The notes beneath the pieces are model-generated. The model was given only the letters and a program-made list of their open reading frames with translations. It had not been told where the DNA came from and made no database searches. A stretch of 63,035 nucleotides of DNA, filler included, from Intoshia linei (lineage: Eukaryota; Animalia; Orthonectida), in the NCBI GenBank assembly GCA_001642005.1. It is 5 parts of 5 records of this genome, joined end to end, with 100 filler letters (N's around TTAATTAATTAA, not from the genome) between each part and the next. Parts side by side here need not be neighbours in the genome. Positions count along the whole stretch, not along the records: positions 25,967 to 47,257 come from LWCA01000655.1; positions 47,358 to 58,403 come from LWCA01001226.1; 3 more parts are not named here. One strand, 5' to 3'. Below are positions 34,432-48,823 of this stretch, one piece after another (position 1 is the stretch's first letter; every line of letters starts with the position of its first letter). A program made the translations under genes and the position numbers.

Positions 34432-37400
34432 TTAAATAATTACTCTTTGAACTGATCTTCTAATAATAGTTTTTCTTCTTCTAATCTAAATACAGTACAT
34501 GTTAAAACAAATATTTCATTATTATATATCCTTAACTCAGTGGTTCCCGATGGGAGTCACTGGACCTCTTATAGTCTAAAACTATAAAATCCTAAAAATT
34601 CATCGCTGTAATCATTTATATAGAACAGTGGTTTAAACTTAAATTTAGTCTTAAATTTAAAACTCAACGGAACCCTATTGTAACAAAAATTATATTTAAC
34701 TTCTATGCAGAACCGAACTTCTATTATACCTCTATGATGCCTCTATTATACAAAAATTTATTCGAACCCCGAATAGGGTTTCGGGTACAGTAGGTCGGCA
34801 TTGCCCCTTTGGACATTTTAAAAAATCTAAATCAGTTACTAGTCAAAAGTGATTCGATAATAGTTAAATGCGATTAGGTCAAGTTGTGGGATCCCATTAA
34901 TCATGTCTTTTTATTCAGATTTTAAATTTTCAGTAAAAGAGTGTGCCATGCAAAGTGTGCCGAGGCCATATCAAAAAGCAAAACTAGGCCCAAACAAATT
35001 TGTATATACAGTGTTAATGCCATATAGTCCTCTCATACCACCTCTCCACGGGTCTTGACTCCACACTGACGAGTTTTAATTTGAGTGTTTAAATTTGACG
35101 CATAAAATAGTTTGATATTTAAGAATACAAGTATACTTTTTTAAAGATTCAATTTGAAAAAAGGAGGTCAATTTTACAAATTTTTTGTCCAGGTCCCTTG
35201 AAAAGGTGATTCGGTAATGTACATTCGACACTGCCATCGATACTTACAATTCGTAGTTATGATTTTCAATTTAATTTAACTTTAAATTAACATATTTTTG
35301 TTAAAACACTAAAATGTGTTTTTGGCGGGAAAATGGTAAATTTCTGAGGTTAAAAAAAATTCTAAAAAACGCCCCTTAAAATTTGGTTTACAAAAATTTC
35401 TAAAAAAAACCCCTTTATAGTGTGGTTAAAAAAAAATTTCTAAAACCCAAAATTAAACTAAAATATAAATCAAAGTTTTACACATTCTACGACTAACCCA
35501 TAGAATGTGTACATTTCACAGTTTTACACATTCTATGCAACATATACTCATATAACATACATTAAAATATTATAATGTATATTATCAGAGGCGGATTCAA
35601 GAGGTGCAGAAGGTGCAGTTTCACCCCTAAATTTTTAATTAATGTTTTGTAAAATAACTGAAAAAGGTTTTATTTTATTATAACAAAATAGATGGCGCAT
35701 AGCATTACATTTTTTTTATTTTTGCGAAAAAATACAAATTTGAAAACTATTGTATAACTATTTAAATGAAAAAAAGAGACACTTTAAAATCAAACTACAC
35801 GCCTTGATATTAAAAGAGACGCCCTAAATTTTTTTTGCCTTCGACGAAGTTAAATATATTGCTCGCTTCGCTCGCACCCCATTAACTAGCCTCTTGGATC
35901 CGCCCTGATTATACATAATTATTATTAGTACTAACCAATATTATTCAAATTTTTAAATTATTAATAATAATAATAATAACTTATAACTTTGTAAAATTTA
36001 AATTTTAAATATTCACCCGACTATTTAAAAAAACAAACATTTAGTGAGAAAATATAAGTGAATATAAGTGAAAGTAATTAAAATAAAAATAATTGGGTTT
36101 CAGTCCCATAATTGGTTTATTTATCTAGGCGGTTTTCTAATATTTTTAATATATAGGTGGTAAAATTTAATATGAAATGAAATAAAACTTTTTCTACCAA
36201 TTATAATTACTAAAATTTTCATTTAACAATTTACATTTATGCAATTTATTAAACTATAAAAATTACAGATGTTCCAATCCTATTGACAGTTCCTTTGACA
36301 GTGAGTGCTGGAACTGCGTTAGGATTATTACTCGGTGTATATTTGGCAAATATTTGTATAAACAACAACATACATATACTAAAACCAAATATTCCCAGAA
36401 CAAATGCCCACCAGTATTTCTAAAAAAATATTTAATTTTATTATAATTGTATGTATAAAACTATCTTGAGTGTTGTGTAGCTTGTACAAACTACACATAG
36501 CTTGTACTATCTAGTTTGTATGCGGACACTGGACTTTTTTAATTCTACCAAAAAAATAAATGCAATAATAAAATCTTAATTCAAAATGATACATTTACTA
36601 TTACCAACCCTTTAAAGGAGTGGATTGAAACCGGTTTCACACATTTACCCGTCATTTCACGTTAGCTTTTAATTAAAAGTGAATTATTTTATTTTTTAAC
36701 CTTTGTGTACAGAATTTCAAAAACAATTTTGTGATCCTATTTTTTTAATTTATTAGAGAATGAGTGTATAATCTTGAAAATTGACATAAAAAGCATAAAT
36801 TCCAGAAAAAATAAAATTTTAAATAACGATATTTTCTTTTTTTATGTGGTTTTGATAAGTAAACAAAATATTTACAATATTTAATATATTAATATTTATA
36901 ATTAACGGACTCACCACTTTAAAAACATATTACGGTGAATTTACCAACCATTCATTGACAATTTTTAATTGTGACCTCATTACAGACCAACATATAGACA
37001 TTAACATCTCTGAAAATAATAATTTAATGGTCAAAAACGAATAACCGTTTTAAATGAAATTTATTAAATTTAATTAAAATATATCATTGATACCACTGCA
37101 ACTTAGTGTCTGCTAGAGAAATGTTAAATCATTATTATATTGTGTAAATATTAAATACCCTGTAATACTGAAAGAGAGACTTTTTAAATTTGTTTAAACT
37201 CTTTTTATTAACATAGTCTAGAGCACTAATGGGATTATAGACACGACATATATATTTGAAATCGCAGTAACCTAATGATCCGCTAATAAAAATACAATCA
37301 GAATCTAAAATACAATTTTATATAATGCAATATTTACGTACGTCTTTCTTTCAAGAAATTTGTAGTAAAAGTTGGAACTCCGATTATTTTTCGAATTTTT

Positions 37401-40400
37401 TCTAATACATCTAATGTTGCATTTTTGTAACTTTTACAAGGTGCATTTTTTATTCCAACGTCTTGACAAGATATATAACAAGCAGTCTCATGTATTTTTG
37501 TATGGCATGATGTTTTCCCAAGTATATCACAAATATTCAAAGTACACATCTAAATATATTTTTACAATGTTATATAATACATAGCTTTTATTAATAAATA
37601 ATTATTTATTTGAGACATGTAAGTGTAAAATTTTTTAATGCAATTAGAAAAGGTATTGATTTTATGAGTATAAAACGATTAAATACATTATATATGAAAT
37701 ACTCTCCCCAGAGTCTCACATTGCAATTATGTTGAATTCGTTAAAAATTTATTAAAATTAACTTAAAATTAGTTATCATTAATTTCAATAATACCCCGTC
37801 ATGACAGAATTTATTTTTGTTTTTTCCACATATACTAAAGTTTTTCTTTTTTTGTTGTTTTACACAATGGCCTTGTGGACTGCAACGAGAAGCATAACTA
37901 CATTCGCTAGCATCTAAGCAAATATTGTCGCTGTCACGATGAGTTTTAGGTGAACAATCATTATTACAACATACACTATGTGCTGGACTAAACATTCAAT
38001 ATATAATGTGGATAGTTTATTGAAAAGGTTTTACTCGCATGATTTTCCCTCGTAAAATTTGCATCTTGTTGGATTACAACATATATTTTCTGTTAATTTA
38101 CAGCCTTTTAGACCGCCGCAATCACACTCCTCTGTCCCTTCTAACTGACCGTTTCCACATATCTGAACTTTGACACTTCCTATTGTTATATATATATAAC
38201 TAAATATAATATAATTATATATATATTACTATCCTAATTTAATATTTTGAACCGGAGCAGAACCTACCAGCTCTCGAGGCCAACCGAAAATGAAAAATAG
38301 ACCCTGAGAAAAAATTTCACAAATGATTCGTTAAAAACAATATCATTTTGGTAATCAATTAAATAAAACAATAATATGTTTTTTTTTAAGTTGCGCATTA
38401 GCCTAAAAAAAATTGTGTACTCCTGATTTAAACGTTCAATTTGGAAAAATTGAGTCTCTATTGTTCAAAAATATGATCGAGTATAAAATACACTTTCCAC
38501 AACAGGATATAGATATGATAGAGAGAGCTCTGGTAACATAATTATGTATATATGGTATACAGTAGTGTTTTAATATCGGTCAATTATTTTCGATTACCGT
38601 TAATATAAAAATTTTTTTATAATTATATAACACGCTTATTGTGTACTAACGGTTTTGAGATATTGATATATAGATAATGTTGCAAATAATTATAATAACT
38701 TATTATATATATTATATATTAAATATTATATAAATTTTTAATAATCGCTTATTAAATCGTTCTACACTCGTTGAAAGTAATAATTAGATGTGAATCAAGA
38801 TTGTCTCGTAATACTTTCGATGCAATTTTTTTTAAAAAATGCTATTTTGCACATGAAACTATATTTTTATTTTTAATGTTTCGTCGTAGAAACTATTCTA
38901 ACTTGCACTGAAATCGAATTATTTGTGTTTTTAATTTCAAGGTGAAAAAATAAAAAATGTTTATCATTTTGATGATTGGAGATAATTTTTTGACGTCATG
39001 TCAAGGTTTATTTATGATTCTGATCTATTGGTAAACATTTTTATTGGGTATTTATGATAAAAAATTGTATGTAAAATTGTTTTTATCTATTCTTAATGAA
39101 TTCTTGATCGTAAAAGTTAGTTGTTGATTATACCTTATTATATTTAAAAATGATTTAAGCTATTGTTAAAAAAGTCATTACCGGTAGTGAAAATTTTATT
39201 CGGGTAATTACCGGTAATGAAAAAGTCGGTAAGATTGAAACACTAGTATACAATGCAGTTTGTATATGTAGTTCTGAGTTTCCATATGTTGGGATTATAT
39301 CCCAAACCCTAGACGATCACTACTATTATTTCAAAAATTCCACTTTTATCCCACCATTAATAAAATTTAATAATATTTAATAAAAAATACCATTTGAAAC
39401 CCTCAGTGAAAAGTCGACTTTTACCTATATTTTTTTGAAAAATTCACCTAATCCACTCCCAAAATAAAAAATAAAATTTTACCAACCCTCAAGTGAAAAA
39501 TACCCTTTTTCCAAAATTTTTTTGAAAAATCCATTAATCAAACCCAGAAACAAAAATCCCCTTTTCCAATATTTTATTTGAAAAATAGAATTGTACGTTT
39601 TTTAACGTATGAAATAAATTTAGTTAAATTTATATTACGCAATAAACAAGATCCTCGATTAAATTTATGTAACATTGTTGCCACCTCTTTTTTAGTACAG
39701 ATGCTCATAATTTGGTTATTATGTTTTATATAATTGCTTATACTTGGATACATCACGTAGTTTCCCATGTGAAAATTACCAAAACAAATCTCTTCATCGT
39801 GCTATAGATATTGATCATAATAATATAATTAAATATACAGGTGCTCCAAAACTGTGTAATATTTCGTGTAAAAAAATTGTTGAAATTTTCTCTAAATCTG
39901 CATCCATTGTAGTTATTAAACCAATATTTAAGCTTTTTGATTTAAAACTTTTATATGAATGGCATATTCCACCTAATGTATCTAAAATATAGTATTACTA
40001 GCTTGGTTGTTTTGTACTACGTACAGGCTGCACCTAGCTCTGCCGAGGCCACTCTTTTATTATACCAAAAAAATAAATTCACGTTGAAAATCTAACTTAA
40101 AACTCCTACTATTAACTATTATCAACCCTTTAAAGGAGTGGTTCCCAAATTTGTTTCAGGTGGAACCGTCATATCACATTCTTTTTACTTTAAAGTTAAT
40201 TATTATCCCATTTTTTTAATTTATTAGACAGAATGTGTGTATAATATTAAAAATAAAGTAAAAACAGTCCAATCCTAAAAATTGTCATAAATAGCATAAA
40301 TTCCAAAAAAATAAAATTAGTCCAATACTAAAAATTGTCATAAAGGTGTGAGTTTTGGAAATTGAAATTTATATTATTATATGTAAAAATTGTCATAAAT

Positions 40401-43400
40401 AGCATAAATTTCAGCAAAATAAAATTATAAAAACCTATTTTGTCATTTTCAATGTGATGATATATATTCAGAACCAATTTAATAAATACTTACAAAAACC
40501 AATTGTGTATCAATAATTAATTGAATAATTAATTTTACCATTATTGCGAAGGATTGTAATATAAAAATGATTGATGTTAAAAATGTGTCCATACTTTTGG
40601 CCTTTTTTCTTGTGAATGTTACTTTTCTTTTTAGCATTTTCAAATTAAATTAAATTAAGTTAGTATCAAAACTTCTATAAATTCGTTGCCGTAGATGTTC
40701 TTCAAAATGTTTAGAAAATGAAAATTTGAAATTTAAAAATTGCGAAGGAATGAATTATATAGATTTTAACGCATGTCTTGACTGGAAATGTGTAGACGTA
40801 CAATCCACATTTTTTTAAAATTGTAGGATCAATATTGACATTTTCAATTTTTATTTTAATCGAAATATTTGAAAAATATTGGTTGATAATATATTAAAAG
40901 TATTTTTCACCCGGGAATGCGTAGATTTCTCGATATGAAATTTTGTATTTATAACAACTGGAAAAAGCTCTATCAGAGTAATTTTTTTTCTTAATTTTCG
41001 GACCGTTAATGATTTCACATTTTTTGTTTTAATAAAACATCGGAAAAAACATGAATACTAAAATGCTTTTTTGATCGTGAAGTTGTCACTTATTCAGATT
41101 GAATTTTTTTACGTGTGTTTAAATGGATACAACTGTACCATCTGTAAATTTTTTGAAATTCTAGGGCTGTTTTTATTAAAAATAAGAAGGGTAATTTGGG
41201 TTTTGGCCCTGAAAATATAATTAATTTAAATTTATGATAATGTTTATAATTTTAAAATCCGCATCAGCGTATATATTTGTTTAAATTCTCCAACTCGTTT
41301 AATTTTTAAAAATAGGGACAACAGGGGTTTTTGACCCTTAAGATGTGAAATTGGAAGGTTGAAATTTATGTTATTATAAGTAAATTTAAAAAAATAAATA
41401 ATAATTTTTAAACTTATCGAGTACAATAATTTGCAAAATATTGGTTATTAATAATTATTATTACTAAAATCGTAATACATATATGCTTTTTGAAAATTGA
41501 AAGCGGCAATTTTAAAAATAAAAACATGGTAATACAATAAACATGGGTTCTTAACCTTTTCCTATTTGGCACCCCTAAAATATAATTCAAAAATGCCGGT
41601 ACCCTAAATTAAATACCTATGCAATAAAAGTTTTAAATCCCAGGAGTATGGACCTATTTGGGACAACATAATAAAATATTTTTCATTAATACTGCTCAAA
41701 TGAACTGAAATTCCCACTTTAAATTCAAATTTAAGTCAACGTGTTACGGTAAATAAAATATATAAACTCTCTGCTGATCTAAACGCCAATCCGAGAATAT
41801 TTTCTTCAAACAAACGATGAGTGAAAAGATATGTCAAACAATATTGCGAATGATCCAGAATAGAGAATGCTTTTAGTAAACTTTTGCTGTCAACGTTTGG
41901 GGAACATATTAAACTTTCCTTGTTTTGCATACTGTTTTTACTATTACATCGAATTTCATCCATAATCTAAATAAAATAAAAAGTGTTGAAAACTTTTTTC
42001 ACTAGTAATACATAGCTTTTCCATCATAAATAGTGTATTAAATGTAATAATAATTTAATATTATAAATGTGTTGTAAAATTGTAATAAACAAAATAAATT
42101 CAACTAATCTCCCGAAAATTGAAACTATCTGGAGAATATTTTATTTACACCATTCTGAAGAAAAAATCCGACATGATCATTACATCTCTTATTTGTGTTA
42201 TTTCGTTTATTATGTGAAATAATTAACTGTTCGAAAATTAAAAAAAAAATTAATATGATAGCGTGTATTCCAGTTGATATAAATACAAAATTTCAACCCC
42301 AGAAATCTACCCATTCCCGGCAAAAATAATTTTTAATATATTATCAACAAATATTTTTCAAATATTTCGATTAAAATAAAAAGTGAAGATGTAAATATTG
42401 ATCCTACAATTTCAAAAAAATGTGCATTGAACGTCTTCACAATTCCAATAAAGAAATGTGAGTCAAAATCTATATAATTCATTCCTTCAATTTTTTTCAT
42501 TACTCCGCAATTGTTCAATCTAATTGAAAAGTGAGAATGATTTTTTTCAATTAGCCCTATATTTATTGCTTTACGCAATGTGTATGGCTTCTTACATAGT
42601 ACGAGGTACCGAATATTGTAATATATTACCGTTAATTTTCTTACAACTATTTTTAAACGAGTATATAATTCTTCATTATTTTTGTTTGGAACACGGTTTT
42701 CCTTGTTTTCGAGTATATCGTTTATACGTCTTTCTAATTTTCTCACAAATACAGATATTGCTGCGTGTCTATTTTGTATCTAGATAATAAAAATAATTAC
42801 ATACTAACTATATGGCAATATCGGAAATGCACATTTAATATTCAACCAAAATTTGGTTTAACTTTGAATTAAAAAGCATTTTTTTAACATATCATTCCAC
42901 AATTGCTTTTAAAGTTAAGTATTTATGTAAGTAATTAGTAATTTTAAATTTAAAGGTAATGTGAGATTCAAGTTAATGAATGGCTTGTTTAAATGATAGT
43001 TAATAATGAGTAGCATTTTTAATTAAGTTTTTATTATTGAATTTATTTTTTTGAAGGCTTAACTTTGACAGTTTACAAGTTTTGTTTTAAGACTATTAGT
43101 TTTATTAATAGCTGATTACACACAAATAGACATACAATTTTAGCAGCAAGTACTTAATATACGTAATGATTATTACGTTAATATGACCATAAGATTTATA
43201 CAGAGTCAAATCGCCAAAAAAATGCATCTCGCATATTAAAGTTTCTAAAGATACATAAATTAATTATAATTTTAGTTATCTGCAATATATGACATGTAAA
43301 TAAATGTACATTAGGGTATCACATATATCTAAGAACCAAGACAATTGGTGCTCAAACTGTTCATTTATGTAATATTAAGAATATTATTATTAAAAAAATT

Positions 43401-43790
43401 TTGCATTATTTATTCGTATTGCATTTGTCATTTAAAATTGATCATATAAAAATGTTGAATATTTGATTTGATTTATTTATATTTGATTATAATTGATCAT
43501 ATAAAATGTTAAATAAAAATTGTAAGTACTAAATTTAACATGAAAATTTATTTTGCATGAGTTACCTCATTATTAACCATATAAACTATTCTTTCGGACA
43601 CTTTGCTCGTCATTGAATCACGTTCGAAGCCATGCCGCTTATGTTTATTCATAATTATCATTCCTACTGAAGATAAATTTTCATAATTTCTTAATACATT
43701 CCCATCTATTGATGATCAAACACTGAACCAAACTGGCTGTCAGGATGAGGAATAAAATTAACAATTTTATTGGAACAATGATATTTCTAG
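34432..43790 (-). CDS. ADAM10: ADAM10/Kuzbanian-like disintegrin metalloprotease (multi-exon; 5' end uncertain)
   Basis: Contains YCLTYLFTHRLFEENILGLAF, the zinc motif HEILHSFGAP|HD (split by a 37-nt intron at 39802-39838) and the Met-turn GNYVMYP. Also disintegrin CGNGQLEGTEECDCG, Cys-rich GYCDFKYICR, and TM YWWAFVLGIF..YTPSNNP (cf. ADAM10 HWWAV..HTPSSNP). Confidence 0.88.
35586..35907. mobile_element. MITE
   Basis: Imperfect TIRs CAGAGGCGGATTCAAGAGG / CCTCTTGGATCCGCCCTG. Confidence 0.75.
38574..39245. mobile_element. hAT-type non-autonomous element in an ADAM intron
   Basis: TIRs TAGTGTTTTAAT / ATTGAAACACTA; TSD GTATACAG/GTATACAA. Confidence 0.7.
39998..41380 (-). mobile_element. Helitron family copy with intact 3' end, in an ADAM intron
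   Basis: CTAG at 39998-40001 plus hairpin; near-identical to ~1105-2490. Confidence 0.8.
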
Positions 43791-44328
43791 ATACATTAAT
43801 CAAAAAAAGGCTTTATCTTCTTTTGTTAAGAATTTCGTTTTATTATTATCTCTAATATAGAACAAATTTTGCATAATAGGTAAAATTTTATTGTTTCTCA
43901 GCGAATTGTCGTATTTAATTATTAAATTTGTTATACACTGACGTTTGCTGTATAGTTGATATGTTAAATAGTTCCCATTGAATAAGGATTTCTGAATTCA
44001 TGATAGATATAATTATTTTCCACTTTGTTCAGTTTTTTAATTCTTGGAGTCCCTTTAAACGACGAATAATGTATAAATTGATTGATAGTTATTTATCTGA
44101 CTCAATAAATGTCAAAATTGGTATATTGGTAATTAAAAAATTTTTGTTTTTGTGATTTTGCAAACACCCTATTGTACAATTTATAAATATAAAATTACTT
44201 TGACAATTAACAAGGCACGCTAATCTAAAGTAATGTATATGTATGACATAATTAAAATTGTGACATTTAACGCCATAATTAAAACTAACTATATTATTAG
44301 TATTAATTAAAATATTATATTTACATAA

Positions 44329-45660
44329 TCCTTACGTATATAATGTGCTATGCAATATTTGCTTGTGTGTGTGTTACCGTTTATTTCAATAACTACCAGT
44401 CTTAGAATTTTATAAAGTCCACATCGTTTATTTCAATAACTACCAGTCTTAGAATTTTATAAAGTCCACATTTCAATTACAGTTTTTCCAGGGTGTTAGA
44501 AAAATAAATTTCAACCTCTCAAACTCACATCTTACAGGTCAAAAACCTCAATTGTCCTTTTTTTTGAAAATTAAACAAGTTGGAGAATTTAAAAAAATAT
44601 ATACGCTGATGCGGATTTTAAAATCATGAATATTATCACAAATTTAAATTTAAAAAAAGATATTTTCAGGGCCAAAACGCCACATTATCCTTTTTTTTAA
44701 TGAAACGATTCTAGAATTTAAAAAAATTTACAAATGGTATAGCTGTATCTTGTTAACACGCACAAAAATTTTTAATCTGAATAAGTGACGACTTCACAAT
44801 CAAAAAAGCATTTTAGTATTCATGTTTTTTCCGAAATGTTTTATTAAAACAAAAAATGTGAAATAATTAACGGTCCGAAAATTAAGAAAAAAGATTATTC
44901 TGATAGAGCTTATTCCAGTTGATATAAATACAAAATTTCATATCGAGAAATCTACACATTTCCAATAAAGACATATGGGTGAAAATCTAAGTAGTATATT
45001 CATACTGTATCTATATCAACCTATAAATAAACTAAATCTAAATTTACAAAGTTAATATCGATCAATCCAGAATCTTACAATCAAGTAATTAATAACTTTA
45101 AAAGAATATATAATTTACTATGTTGTAGCTTCTGTTAAATTAAACTGTTTAAAATACTACAATCTATATAATTCATTCCTTCCGAATTTTTTCCATTGCT
45201 ACGCAATTTTTAATTTTCATTTTCAAAACATTAAAATTTAAATAAGAAACTAAACAACGAAATTAAAAAACTTTGTTAATATCATTTTTATATTTCAATC
45301 CTTTGCAATAATGGTAAAATTCGACTGAAATGTTTATAAAGTGAAGATTCAGTTAATTATTGATACACAATTAGTATTTTTAAGTATTTATTAAATTGGT
45401 ACTGAATATATATCACATTGAAAATGACAAAATAGTTTTTTATAATTTTATTTTTTCTGGAATTTATGCTATTTATGACAATTTTTAGGATGAGTGTTTT
45501 TACTTTATTGTTAAGATTATACAACTCATTCTGTCTAATAAATTATTTCTTTAATTTTATTTTTTCTGGAATTTATGCTATTTATGACAATTTTTAGGAT
45601 TGGACGTTTATACTTTATTTTTAATATTATAACACACACTGTCTAATAAATTAAAAAAAT
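44329..45660 (+). mobile_element. Helitron family copy with intact 5' end
   Basis: Starts A|TCCTTACGTATATAAT followed by a (TG)n tract; reverse complement of the other copies, with internal duplications. Confidence 0.75.
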
Positions 45661-47257
45661 AGGATATTATGTAGTGCATTTCTCATATTTGCAAATGAAA
45701 AAAATGAGTTTTTTACGATGAGAAAGATGAGAATTCTTCTCTTTTTGCATAGAAATGCGTAAAAAACGCAACATCTGACAATACTGTCTTCTTGTTGTTT
45801 AGTAACTTTAGTGCTAGAAATTTTTTAGTGCAATAAAAAATTGCATTTGTCGACTCTACTTATCAAACATAACTTCATTCCATTTATGCCTCATTTCATA
45901 TACAGTCATGTTTTGTTAGTAGATAATAAAAATAAAATAGTAGATAAAGACTAGTTTATTTTTTATCTACTAACGAAACATAATATCTGCATTAGGGTGT
46001 CACACCCATCAAAGAATCAAGGGCAAGTAGTACTAAAAGTGTGTATTGTTAAAATAGAAAAACTAATTCGCAATCAAAAATATTTAACACTATCTATTCG
46101 AATTGCGTTTGTCATTTACAATATCACTGTATAAATATTATGAGGAAATTAAAACGGAACTTTATTTTAACGGAAATCGGCGTTTGAGCTTTTAAACGTG
46201 GTACCGCCTTTATAATACTGTTCTCCACGTTTATTTATACAGTTTATTTTTTTAAATTTGTTTCTAGCTCAATTTTTTTGGATTTTATTAACGATTTAAT
46301 TTCTCGAATTCTGGTTATTTACAGTATAATAAATTCATTCAAATACAAAACATTCACGATCTTGTTAATCATGTTTGCATTGAATAAAGTCATGTTTGCA
46401 ATGAATATTGTCAATACAGAGATTCCATAATATACCAAAATTTATTAGATTTTTTTTGTTAAAATAACTTTTAAGTCATTTTAAAGAAGCAATAGTTAAA
46501 TTAATCTTTCACAATATATTCGGAAAATTTTTTTTCAAGATAAAATTCTTAATTGGACATTTTTCGATAATTATATTTAAATTTTATTCAATGCATATAT
46601 GAATTTGCATATAATTTAGCAGATATGATCATTTATAAGAGTAATTTCATGACAGATTTTGAAGGGAAATTTGAATATTATATCTGTTACCAAATTATTG
46701 TGAGGGTTGCCAATATAATTTTAATTTACATATTCCAATTGTTTCGTTATTATAATATTTTTTTCGTAATTCCATCTTATTTAAATAAACTATTCCCTAT
46801 TTTATATTATAATTAAAAATAGAACCGCTTCGAAAACTGAGACCATTAAATGCTGTGTCAACCGTTTAAATTTATCATAAAATTTTAAAGGATAGAACCA
46901 TTTTGATAAACCCTTTGTGAAGAAGTTTCGTTGTACCAATTTATAGAAAAATATTTTGTTATACACAAACTAAGTTTAAAATTATATGTCGAATCGCACA
47001 TAAAAAACGTCCACTTTGACAAATATTTTGGATAAAAGCTCATATGGTCATTGGTTATGTATTAATTTATGGTTATGTATGGTTTTGGCATGGAATGAAA
47101 GTGAATCCAAATTATAAAGATAGAAATATAATAAATAATTTTATTTAAAAATTAATAAAAAAATCGAAATTAGTTTATTTTCAATTAAAATGATTAAGAT
47201 TAAGAACAATTAAGATTATATTTCAATTAAATCATATTGGTAGTGTAATCTGTCCAA

Positions 47258-47357
47258 NNNNNNNNNNNNNNNNNNNNNNNNNNNNNNNNNNNNNNNNNNN
47301 NTTAATTAATTAANNNNNNNNNNNNNNNNNNNNNNNNNNNNNNNNNNNNNNNNNNNN
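47258..47357. other. Assembly gap / contig linker
   Basis: N-TTAATTAATTAA-N. Confidence 0.95.
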
Positions 47358-48823
47358 AAAATAAATCATTTACTCAAAGGGCCACCAAAATTAATATGTG
47401 GACCACTGGTTACCGACCCCAAATATAAATAATGTATATATTAAATTTATGTTAATTAAATTATATGTATTATTATTAAAGTATATATTAATTTAGGGTA
47501 CATCTCATGAAACCAATAGAAAGAACAGAATGTTGGTTAGAATGAAATACATGAAAACTATTCGGAGTTCAGTTAACAAAATTGTCAAATTTGTTATATA
47601 TTTTGATAGCAAAAAATTCAGTTTAGACAAGTTCAGTTTAGTTTAGTCAAGTAAATAAAAAATAATTTTCAAAATATTGCGATACAATGAAACATAAATT
47701 ATTGCATTGGTGAGCCATTAGTACTGTTCAGGTGCGTCGCAAGGAATATAGCCAAGTCTCACCAATCACAGACCTCCAATTAAAAACCAATATCCTTACT
47801 TATATAATAATAATGTAATATTAATAAAATCTTTAATCTTTGCACATTTTTTAATATCAATATTTTTTTTTTATGAAAATTAAGGTTCGCCTAAGCTTTC
47901 ATGCATTTCACAGATGTAAATACTGGAGATAAAAAGGTTAAGATACACTGGTTTAGTGTATAATGAAAATATTAGTGCATTAGTGCAGAAAATTTATTTA
48001 TGTAGTCCTATTTTTAAAAATTTAAATTAATGCTATTTAGGTAAGTGCTAATTTATGATATTTCTGTAAATCAATGTTTTTAAAAATATATTACTAAACA
48101 ATTCCGAGGCCCGCACAATTTGATCTGGCGGCCCGCGGGAACCCTGTTATAGTTAATTGAAAGTAAAATTGTACTGCAGTTGATCCTAAACTTGAAATTT
48201 TTTGAAAATGAGAAATTACATAATGATAAAAAAACAAAAGGAATCAATTTATGAGATTAAAACCCATATTTATGTATTTTATGTTTATAATGTCAATTTC
48301 CATTTTTTTAAATTGTGGATAAATATTTACATTTTTAATATTAATTGATAATAATAATGATATTAAAAGTTGTTTTTGACAGCGAATCCGTACATTTCTG
48401 AGGTTGAAAATTTGTATCTATATCAACTGGAATAAGCTGTATCATAATAATCTTTTTTTGATTTCTAAGAGCCTTTCTATTTTTTGACTAGTGTAATTAG
48501 GATTTTTAACCATGAAAAACTTAATCTCGAAATATGAAATTTGCGATATATGTTACTGTATTGGAAATATTTATAAATTTTAAAAATTTTTTAATAAACA
48601 TAATAATTTATAAACATAATTTAACAGACATTCATTTTTATACTAGTAAAGGATTTCTAGGTAAAATCGTATACAAAAATAAAGATTTTCAGTAAACACT
48701 CTACATATGTAAAATTTTTACATTTTGTTATTTTCTTGTGCGCCATTTTTTTAATTTAAATGGAAAAAAAGTTGAGAAAAACTGAATTGGACTGTATAAA
48801 AAAAATTTAATAAAAATTTTACG

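Noticed and set aside
46340-47120. Coding-like stretch including ORF 46625-46816
   Set aside because: Multiple stops in all frames and no recognisable homology.
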